From an uncultured virus (IMG/VR IMGVR_UViG_3300046010_001786) (lineage: Duplodnaviria; Heunggongvirae; Uroviricota; Caudoviricetes), in the IMG/VR virus record IMGVR_UViG_3300046010_001786: a stretch of 64,000 nucleotides of DNA. One strand, written 5' to 3'. The translations under genes and the position numbers were made by a program. Shown one piece after another: positions 36,021-45,500 of this stretch (position 1 is the first letter of the stretch; each line of letters starts with the position of its first letter). The notes beneath the pieces were generated by a model, which saw only the letters and a list, made by a program, of their open reading frames with translations, ran no database searches and was not told the DNA's origin.

Positions 36021-36424
36021 ATTTGAAATTCCTTATAAAGTGCGTCCAGCCGGATGCGAGCCTGGTCGTTTGTTTTCAGCTCGGACCTAGACTGAATCTC
36101 TAAGTAATGTCTCAGATACTCGGTCGCTTCTTCTTCGGATGCCTCAAGGATCAAAGCCTGATCGCAGAGATACCCCCAGAACTTAGAGTTCCGGCACAGC
36201 ATCCCCGCGATACGCACGGCCCTGTCGCCCTCAAACTCTTGCTGCCGATCCAAAGGTTCCTCGGTCAGGTTGAGTCTCACCATGACAACTTGATACCGGG
36301 CACCTATAAAGTCGCGCAGCAGCTCTTCTGGAACATCGTCGGGGTGCATACCTAGCGTCAGGACATAACCGTTCTTGTCCTGCTTTAAGGCGATCTTGAC
36401 CCCTTCAAACTGAAGCGTCTTCAT
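36008..36424 (-). CDS. Conserved hypothetical protein
   Basis: AGMLCRN.KFW...I.SRSELKTN motif. Confidence 0.65.
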   Translation of the reverse strand: MKTLQFEGVKIALKQDKNGYVLTLGMHPDDVPEELLRDFIGARYQVVMVRLNLTEEPLDRQQEFEGDRAVRIAGMLCRNSKFWGYLCDQALILEASEEEATEYLRHYLEIQSRSELKTNDQARIRLDALYKEFQIWEG

Positions 36425-36427
36425 GAT

Positions 36428-36901
36428 CTACTCATAAACTGGAGTGTTATGCCTGTGCCACTTTTTGTGACATGGTTCACACAACCATCTAAGTTCAAGC
36501 GGTTTGGTGTAATCATCGTGATGTCCTTCAACGTTGTAAGTTGAACCACAAACAGAACAAACTTCTTTTCGAAGAATTTTGCCGTCACGTAAAGCGTTGC
36601 AAGTAATTACATGTGCCGCATAAGCCATCGGATACTTTTTTTTGTACTTTATGCTTGCTTTTTTTCTGGCAATTTTCCCAGCTTCAGTTTTTATGTATTC
36701 TTTTCTTGCTTTCACCCTATGCGGTTGTGTGCTTCTTTGTTTGTCGTAAGCGCGAATCTTGTCTAAGTTGTTGTCCCGATGTTTTTTGACTCGATTCTTA
36801 ACGCATTCAACACACTTATTGAGGTGTCCGTCTTTCATCATTGGGTGTGCATAAAAATCTGACAGCGGTTTTGTTTGTTTGCACTCTCTGCATATCTTCA
36901 T
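36428..36901 (-). CDS. HNH-type endonuclease
   Basis: CRECK..KPLSDFY; CSVCG....EGHHDDYTKPLELRWLCEPCHKKWH; more AT-rich than flanks. Confidence 0.8.
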   Translation of the reverse strand: MKICRECKQTKPLSDFYAHPMMKDGHLNKCVECVKNRVKKHRDNNLDKIRAYDKQRSTQPHRVKARKEYIKTEAGKIARKKASIKYKKKYPMAYAAHVITCNALRDGKILRKEVCSVCGSTYNVEGHHDDYTKPLELRWLCEPCHKKWHRHNTPVYE

Positions 36902-36940
36902 AAGAATCTCCTTAAAAAGGTATGCTAATTATATACCATT

Positions 36941-37246
36941 CTAAAATGGTATATCGTCCGAGTCGTCATCCAGGTCCGCCTGCTTAGGTGGCTCTGGTTT
37001 CGGTTCGGGTTTGGCCTGCTTCACATAGGGCGCTTGAATGCCTAAGCTCAGATACTCCACCCCTTTGGCGCTGGTGTTCTCCCAGGCGGATATGTCCATC
37101 ACAACCAACTCCCCGTCTTGTTCCATCATCTTCTCTAGGAACTCCCGAGACAGATGGATCTGGCCACGCCGGTCAGGGTGCTTCTCGCTCTGCTTGCCGG
37201 TGTTATGGAACAGTGTTCCGGTGTTGGGTTTCTGCTGATAACTCAT
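36941..37246 (-). CDS. Putative ssDNA-binding protein
   Basis: NTGTLF.N..K...HPD..G, SAW, YLSL; acidic DDDSDDIPF tail. Confidence 0.7.
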   Translation of the reverse strand: MSYQQKPNTGTLFHNTGKQSEKHPDRRGQIHLSREFLEKMMEQDGELVVMDISAWENTSAKGVEYLSLGIQAPYVKQAKPEPKPEPPKQADLDDDSDDIPF

Positions 37247-37935
37247 GCTGCCTCCTGGAATTTGTTCTTAGCCGCAGTAAAGACGCCCATGAGTTCCTTG
37301 TGGGAAACCGCGTCCGTGTTCTTCACAGCCTCAAAGAGAGACTTGTTCTTCTTGTAGATAGCCATCACATCGTCAGACGAGGTAGCCGCCTGTAACGCAA
37401 TGCCAGCCGCCTTGTGAACTAGGGCTAGCCACTCGGTAGGATCTCCCTCTGGTTCAGCAGGAGCATTGATCTGCCAGCCACCTTCAACACCAACGATGCG
37501 GGGCTTGGCTTCTTCCTTAACCTCTGGCTTGGGCGCAGGCTTAGGCATAGCCTTTGGTTCAACTGCGGTCGTAGCATCCAGGGCGTCGTGCTCCACGATC
37601 TCAAAGGCGTTCGTCCACAGATACCGTCTGAGGTAAGTCTGGACCGCCCCCAAGTTCTGGACAGGGTGGCAACCTTTCAACTCCGCCGACGACATGGGGG
37701 AACTGAAGACCACACACTCGCTGTTGGTCGTGTCATAGATGTTGAGGAAGGCTGCGGTCTCGGTGTAGGTCACCACACCACAGAGCCCCAACTCGTTACA
37801 GATCTCCTGGATAGCAGGCAGGAAGTCGCCTAGTTCAAAGTATTCATAGCCAGCAAATTTATTCTTGCCAGACTTGGTAAGTTTGCGGCCTTGGAGTTTG
37901 ATCCGGGCCTGTTGTAGTTTTGCGTAGACAGTCAT
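37243..37935 (-). CDS. ERF-family ssDNA annealing protein
   Basis: KSGKNKFAGYEYFEL.D, QNLGAVQTYLRRY. Confidence 0.85.
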   Translation of the reverse strand: MTVYAKLQQARIKLQGRKLTKSGKNKFAGYEYFELGDFLPAIQEICNELGLCGVVTYTETAAFLNIYDTTNSECVVFSSPMSSAELKGCHPVQNLGAVQTYLRRYLWTNAFEIVEHDALDATTAVEPKAMPKPAPKPEVKEEAKPRIVGVEGGWQINAPAEPEGDPTEWLALVHKAAGIALQAATSSDDVMAIYKKNKSLFEAVKNTDAVSHKELMGVFTAAKNKFQEAA

Positions 37936-38061
37936 ATTTATCCTATGTGTTTGTAATACTCATCGACCAACGCATTGGCACAGGTGGCTAAGTCTTTGGT
38001 GAAGTCTTCGTCGCCCATCCAATCCAGCACATCAGCGTTTGCAGCCAACGCCAACATGAAC

Positions 38062-38961
38062 TTAAGCAGCAGATCCTGTCTTGTTTCCATTAATGCTCTC
38101 CTGGTAATCCCGCCATTGCTGGCAGTACGTGTTCACCGAACAGAAGTTCTCGCATCGAGTTCTGCTGCCGGGCCTTACTTCTAACTCCTGCGTCTTTGCA
38201 TCTAACGCCGCTTCAGCCTCCTCCTTAATTTCATAAACCTTGATAGCCCTGACGCCACCCTTCTTCTTGATAGCGTAGGTCGTGGGCCGCTCCCACATTT
38301 CATCTGGCGTGCAGTCTGGAAGATCCTCACCCGCCTCGATGGCGAACTCACAGGCCGAGTGCAGCGACAGGCGATGGGAGATGTACTCCTCCCGCTCCTG
38401 GTACGGCCACAGCTTAATAGGGATCTCCTTGACTGGAGCCTGCGGATAGTCTGGGTTCTTAGCTGCCTCCCGCCGTGACCAGTCTCTAATGATTGCCACG
38501 ATGCCCAGATCTGTAACGTGCGTATCCTTTTTGACGGACTCCAATAGCCACGCATAGATGTTTAACTGTTGCTCCCACTCCACCTTCTCGTTCATCACCG
38601 CCCAGGCAGAAGTCGTCTTGTAGTCACGGATAGCCACACCGCCGCGCCCGTCTAGGATCTGAAGGTCGATGGCCCCAGAGATCCTCCATCCGTCCAGGGT
38701 GGCATGGAGCCGCTCTTCTACCTGGTGGTTATCATCCTTGCCATGCTCCAGCACGCCGTGGATCGCTGTTCCAAAGATCGACCAGACCATGTCAGCAACA
38801 TCCTGCTCCAGCTCGTCTTCAAACTTCTTGGTCAGCGCTACGATCTTGGGGCTGTTGAGAAGCTGCGTGGCAGACAGATGCGCCTTTCCCTTGGAGTAGG
38901 TGGGGCGCTTGAGTACGTTGACGAACGTCTCAGGAATGTTGTGTTTGTTGGTCAGCTTCAC
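38062..38961 (-). CDS. PD-(D/E)xK exonuclease (Cas4/RecB-like)
   Basis: SAT.L, GTAIH, EER, SGAID, DYKTT, QLNIY, C-terminal C..FC.V...C; GTG start with GGAG. Confidence 0.85.
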   Translation of the reverse strand: MKLTNKHNIPETFVNVLKRPTYSKGKAHLSATQLLNSPKIVALTKKFEDELEQDVADMVWSIFGTAIHGVLEHGKDDNHQVEERLHATLDGWRISGAIDLQILDGRGGVAIRDYKTTSAWAVMNEKVEWEQQLNIYAWLLESVKKDTHVTDLGIVAIIRDWSRREAAKNPDYPQAPVKEIPIKLWPYQEREEYISHRLSLHSACEFAIEAGEDLPDCTPDEMWERPTTYAIKKKGGVRAIKVYEIKEEAEAALDAKTQELEVRPGSRTRCENFCSVNTYCQQWRDYQESINGNKTGSAA

Positions 38962-39040
38962 GTTCTCTCCTTGATATAGTGTTCCTAGGAGACATATTAG
39001 AACAAGAAGTTCACCAATTGCAAATAAATTTTTTGCTTGG

Positions 39041-39121
39041 TGTAACAAATGTTACAAACTGTAACAATGTTACGTACTGTAACAGGCTGTTACAGTTGAC
39101 TGCCCTGTAACAAATGTTACA
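39041..39121. repeat. Cluster of 4 TGTAACA-N1-3-TGTTACA palindromes in a divergent intergenic region
   Basis: Sites start at 39041, 39060, 39078 and 39106. Confidence 0.95.
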
Positions 39122-39129
39122 GTGGAGGC

Positions 39130-39582
39130 ATGGTCTATTTAGGAATTGATCCAGGGTTCACCGGCGCATGGGGGTTGATCAACCACCACGGGGACTACAT
39201 CGGCTGCGGAGACATGATCCACAACGAAAAGTGGATCGACATAAATTCTGTCTATCGAGAAATATCTTTGATAAGAGAAAACGATGACATGATGATTGTC
39301 GTAGAGGCTGTCCATGCCATGCCCAAGCAGGGCGTCTCTAGTTCCTTCAAGTTTGGTATGTCCTACGGCGCAGCGCTATGCCTGGCTCAAAGGTTTCTGG
39401 AACAGTGGGAACTAGTGCAGCCTAGGGTATGGAAGCGCGACATGGGGCTCACAGCCGACAAGACAGACAGCCTGAACATGGCCCGCCAGAAGTGGCCAGA
39501 AGCCCCGCTAAAGCGCGTAAAGGACAACGGAAGGGCAGAGGCTCTGCTGCTCGCTGAATGGCTGCGGCAGGCTTACTGCTGA
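39130..39582 (+). CDS. RuvC-like Holliday junction resolvase
   Basis: YLGIDPG.TGA, VVEAV...PKQGVSSSFKFG, P..WK, DNGRAEALLLA. Confidence 0.85.
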   Translation: MVYLGIDPGFTGAWGLINHHGDYIGCGDMIHNEKWIDINSVYREISLIRENDDMMIVVEAVHAMPKQGVSSSFKFGMSYGAALCLAQRFLEQWELVQPRVWKRDMGLTADKTDSLNMARQKWPEAPLKRVKDNGRAEALLLAEWLRQAYC

Positions 39583-42500
39583 GTCTCTCTGACCCTGTCG
39601 TTGAACCGCTTCATCTGAACCATCATCTGGTTCTCAACCGCCTTGACTTGCTCCTTGGGGGCATCCTTCTCAATCAGCATATCCCGGCGCTTCTTCAGCT
39701 TCTGAATGTTGCGCTCGACCTGATTGGCGTAACCATATAGCCTGGCCTCGGGAAACTCCATGAGGTACTCACGGGTGGGAACCCTGTCTTTGATCCGCCC
39801 CTTGATCTCATTCTCATGCTTGTTGAGTTCGATGAGGTTGCTGTAGAAACGATTACGCTCAGCCGAGATGCCTGTGGTTTCGCCAATGAACCGGCCAACG
39901 AGCGGCACCTTGTAGATCGGCAGCTCTTCGCCAGTGAATTGACTTGTTACAGTCTGCTCGGCTTTGAGAATTTCACGACCAACACCGCCAGTCAACTGCC
40001 CAATAAGATAGTCAATTTGATCTGGAGTAGGGCTGATGATGCCAGGCTTGTAGTCTGTGCCACCGGTGGTTGCGTTCAAGTAGTAGGCCAGCTCTTTGCT
40101 CAATGCACTAGCGGCTTCCTTAGCGCGGGTGTAGCCTGGCGTGGGAGACAGGGAGCTGAAGTCTTCCTTGGCAATCGGCTTACCAGTCCAGTCCTTATTC
40201 TCAAAGAGCGCCACCAATGGATCGCCAACCGTCGGAGAGAATGTTTGGAACGACCAGCCAGCGTTACCTAGAGGGTTGAACATATCCAACAGAGAACCAG
40301 TCAACGACGCTACACGCTTCGGGGTCTCTTTGAATCCAGAAAGCGCCCACTCGGTTAGGATGCGTCCCGTGTTGGGAATGACGTTGTACCCAAGCGGCAT
40401 TGGAACAGTAAGGTATGTTGTGCTACTCACCGGGATAATAAAGTTTCGCTCTTTTACAAACTCTGGCGGTTCATCTTCATCAAAGCCCATGGCGGCAAGC
40501 ATCGCAGCCTGGGAAGAACCCATGATGATTCCGCCCCAGAAAATCTTCTTGCCAAGAGGGCTAAGCTCGTACCGCTTTCCGTTGAACCGGAACATGGTTT
40601 GGGCCATGCGCGTTGTACCTTGGACAGCAGCATTAAAGAACGCGTAGAGCGCGCCAGCCTGGCGACCAATCTGACCCTTGCGGTTAAAGTTCACCGTGAG
40701 ATCTTTAGCAAGATTTGCAGCCTGCTCCGTGGTAAATACGTTATTTCCCTGGGCATCTTTTTTGTCTAATGCTGCTTTGTATGCAGCCAGACGAATGGCA
40801 TTCTCCATAGACTGGTTGTAATCCTCCAACCAATTAAAGAGCGGCGCAGCCATCTTGCGTGCCGTTTCCATCGGAACTTTGAGCGTACCGTTTGCAGTGA
40901 ATACTTTGCCAAGAGGAGTCTTAGTCCAGGACGATGGATCTAGGATTGCTTGTAACGCATCAGCACGTTCTTGCATCCGACTAAACTGATCGCGGAATCC
41001 TGTCTGGCCACCCTCTTTCTGGAACTCTTCCCAGAGTTGCGACCATGTGCCCTTAAGAGGAGGTTTGCCAGCACGACGATTACGTTCCTCAGCATAGATG
41101 CCGCGCAACGCCGCTATGGTATCGCCCAAAATCTTCATCTTGTCACCAGCCAAAGGCGTGGTGTTGATCTGAATCATCGCGCCTTGAACGTCGCGCAAGA
41201 AGTTGATTGCACCAAAGATTGGGTTGTACTGAGTGTTGATCTTTGCGAAGTATTGGGTGAACTGCTGCATCGCCCCCATGACTCGGCCAAGATTGTCGGC
41301 ATCAAGATTTTTTAACGCCATGGCCATCCGCTTGGCGCGTTCATCCTGCGCGTTGAAGATGACGTATTTCTCTTTGCCGTTGATACGAACAGGGATCACG
41401 TACTCGGAGTTAAGTAGCGTCTTGTTCGGACGTTCAACTACCCTGTTGGTAGCCGCATCCACACTTCGTATTACTGGTTCTTTAATTATGTTGTCGATGT
41501 CCGCAGGGTTAAGTCCAAGCGCATTTAGCTCATCCCTAACCTTTTGAGGATCTTTCATGACCTCTGGGTCATATGCTAACCAGAACCCTGGGTTGGGATT
41601 GCTGACCACGAGACCATAAAGCGCTTTGCTAACCCTGAGCTTTTCTCCACGGACAATTGCACGCTCGCGTTGCTCAGCAAGGTTCGCAAGAATATCTACA
41701 ACCTTTCGTGACGAACCAACTGCTGCGCGACTGAACGGACCTTTGACAGCAATACCAGAACCAACACCAGTACCAATCTTGGTGATGTCGTATTCGCCTT
41801 CTTCGCGCTTCAATGGAACATAGTTCTGTAGCGCCTTGTTCCACGAATCAACTGTTTGTTGTGACTCTTGCCCCGTCTTAACGAGGATTTGTTGCGTATC
41901 CTTAACAATCTTATCTACCCGCTTAGCAAGGTCTTCAAAGACTTTCTTTTGCTGAGGAGTGAGACCTGCGAGGTAAGCCTGGGCGTCTTTCGTTAAGATC
42001 CCAGAACCACCATCAGCCATATTTGGATCGCGCTTTGCATTGAACTTATTGCGGGCCTCGGCATGACGATTGTGAAGATACTCTTCAAACTGTTCAATGT
42101 TAAGACCTTTTGCACCAAGCTCTTTAATCAGCGGCTCAAGGTCACCTTTTAAAAAGTCTTGAACCTGTTTAGATGTTCGCCCATGGAATAGCGTTTCTTG
42201 AAGATACGGATTCCAACGGTCAGCAATTTGCTTACCGGCTTTGCGAATGTTTTCTACCACACGTTTCGTATCAATTTGCTTGTCTTGCAACGTGTAGATG
42301 ACATTGTCCATCTTGCTTTCAATCGGAGCGTCCCATGATCCTTTTGGTATGGGCTGGCCAAATACGTTGGTCTTGATGTTCTCTAATGGAACAGGGCGAG
42401 CACCCGTCTCAGTCACATAGTCAGTCAATGACTGAATACCCATTGGCCTGGGCTCATCACGCATGATCTGGTCAAATACTTTGTGAACTGCGTATTTGTT

Positions 42501-45500
42501 GTTAAACCCAAAGACGTTCTTCAGTCCGTCAAAGTATTTCTTGATTGCTTTGACAAACCGATCCCAAGCCGTCCCTAGCTTAGACTTCATGAGCGTTTCA
42601 GCATTGATCGCCCAATACTCGGACGGGTTTAGATACTGATAGAACTCATAGGACGGCATAGCCTGGACCGCTGCCGCAAATGTTGCTTCACTAGGCGCAT
42701 CGAGGAATCCTAAGACCTTGCTAAAGTATTCTTGCGATGGTTGATCTTTGTTGGCCTTGACTGCTTTCTTCAGAGCATCCTGCCACGCATCAATCACAAC
42801 TTTGCGCTGCGCTTCAGTCATCATCTGTTCAAGCGAGTGCATGATCTCATGGCGAACTGAAGAAGGATCTTCAACTCCGCTTGTACCGTTCCACAAGGTA
42901 ACGATGCGATCAAACGGATTAAAGTTACCCGATGAACGACCAGGCTTCTTGGGAGTCCGTACAGACAAACGCAGGCCATTGAGTAGCCACGGCGTCTTGT
43001 TATATGCATCCTGAATAGATGCCAAGACATCAGCGCTCAAGTCGCCCTTGTCGTATGCCTCTAGTGCGCGACGCAAGAAGTTCTCCGGGGAGGTGCTAGG
43101 AGCATAGCCCGCTTCAATTTCAGACTTCAGCTCCTTCGACAACTCATCAACGAGGGTCAGACGCCGCTGTAAATCTACTGTAGCGCCACCTTCAATAACC
43201 CCCTGGACCAGACGTTCACGACGAGCACGAAGCGCAGCGTACTGGGCGATGATCTCGTCACGGGTGAGGGACGGGATCATTGTGGATTCTTGTTCCGTTA
43301 TCTGCGGCACCGTGTCGATGTTGTACAGGAAGTTCTCTTTCGACCCATACTCAACGCCGCGGGCAAGGATCATGTTGCCAATCTGCAATATTGCATCAGC
43401 TTTGACTACGGGCAGCGTAGTGCGCCGGTCATAGAAGTAAGCATGACGGGTGGGATCAAATCCTAGCTGAACATATCGAGGATCGTTAATAGCCTTTTGT
43501 GCCATTTCAAATGCGGTTGACGGGGACACATTGACATACTCACCCTCCATCGTCTGAAGCGCATCTTTAGCAGACCCGGCAGCAATCTCTAATGCTTTGG
43601 CCTGGTTACCCAGAGCAAACGTCACATTCTTTGCAAGCGCTACGCTACGGTATCCAATAGCCAGCCCAGGCTTTGGCGATGTAACTTTGGGGCGACCTTC
43701 ATGGATCGACACAACAAAGGTCTTGTGATTGTTCCACGCGGGAATGTCGAGACGCAGGCCCACCTTCGTACCATCGGGGATAGATACGTTAGCCTTGGGT
43801 TTCTTATCCGACGACAGTGCATTGACTACCTGTTCCTCTGTTGCGGGCGTCAATGGCTCTGTGTACAAAGGAATAGGACGGAACCGATTGACCGCTTGGT
43901 CGTATTCTTCCTTGGTTACTTTGCCTTCTTGCAAAAGCTCTGCCAGTGCAGCCAGCTCAGGCGAACGGCCAGGAGGCAGCTTCTTCTTGGCTTTGGGCAG
44001 GTTTTCATCGAGGTCTTTGATGGTCTTTGCATCTTCGCCAAAAAGGTCAGACTGAGGCTCTTGTACTTTGATGGTTACTTGCTCTTCCATCAACTTACGC
44101 ATATCAGACCAACTAAAGTATTGATAACCACGTTGGCTCGGTACTTTGGGTATCCGTAAAAAATCAAAGAGCTTAGATGTGTCTGGTGTTACTACACCCG
44201 GACGATCATCTGGAAAAAGGAATTTTGTTCTCCTACTAAACATCTGAGAGAACCGTTCGTACTGACCATTTGGTTTGATCCAAATGCCGTCTTCGACCGA
44301 TGGTCCAACTTTCTTAAGTGCATCCCTATCTCTCGATGCAACCAACAGACGACCGCCGCTTTGTGAAATAGCTAACCTAAATAGTGTTCGTGTGACTTGT
44401 TCAGGCGTTTTGTTTTTAAACGCATCATTGTCAATAGTTGTGATACCAGTTACGCTAAAATCGTTACCAAGAGCAATGACGACCATAGACTCAGGATTTT
44501 CGTCTACGCGTTTTGCTATCTCAAATGGGTGAAAAGCCTCGGACGCTGTCAAAGGATTTTTTTGCAGAAGTTCTTTCTGCCCCATATCCTTAGAATAAGT
44601 CTGTACGTATCCTTCAGGAGCAATTACTGAATACTTATTTGTGTCTATAACGATATGGCCTTTGTACGCTAGCTTTGTAAAAGCATTGGTAAAAGATTTA
44701 GTCATAGATTGATCGGCTTTGCTAACCTCCACGTTGCCGCTTGGGTGGTTGTGCAACATCCACACGCCAGTAGCGCCAGCTTGCACAGCCGCCTCTTGAA
44801 CCTTTTTCATGTACTCGATGCTGCTGTCGCCAACAATTGCAACCGCTGCCGCTGGCAAACGACTTGTTACACCGAGTTGAGAAACGACTTCATTTTTGTC
44901 ATTGACAAAGAACATACGAAAGGTCTCAAACCGGGGATGCCGGTAGACCTGAGACAGAACTGCTAGATCATCATGCCCAGTTACTTTTTGTCCAACGAGG
45001 CTGACCCGCTGTCGTCTTGCGTAGTCTGTGGAGAGGGCCAGAGCGAGAGGGTTGTCGGTGGACTGTAAAGCATCCACGGTGGACACGGCCTCCCGTCTCG
45101 CAGTTTTTCCGGCTTGATTGTCTTCGTTTGGCGGTAACTGGCTATTAGCAAAGAGGGAGAGTTGTTCTGCATTTTCTTTCTTCCTTTTGGTAACTTTCTC
45201 CGGGGTGACTTGCTCCAGCCCTTCAACACCAAACAGATCTTTTTGAGCACCAGGGGGCGTCGTTCTTTCTGGTGGCGTAGGCGGAGTAAGACTGAAGAAG
45301 TCGCGCTCTAGTTCCGCTCTTCTTCGTTCTTCTGGGCTTGGCTCTCTAATTTGAGGCGTTTCAGCTCTTCCAATATCCGCTTCTGAGATTGTAGGGGCAA
45401 CTCCTTCAGCCTCTCCAGCGCGTTCTTCTGCTGCGATTTCTGCGAGTCGGGCGTTGATTTGTCCAAGGGTCAGCTCCTTTGATAAGTTCTCAATCTTCTC

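Noticed and set aside
38062..38961. Cas4 as adaptation module for the array
   Set aside because: Sits with ERF and SSB as a standard phage recombination module; nothing links it to the array.
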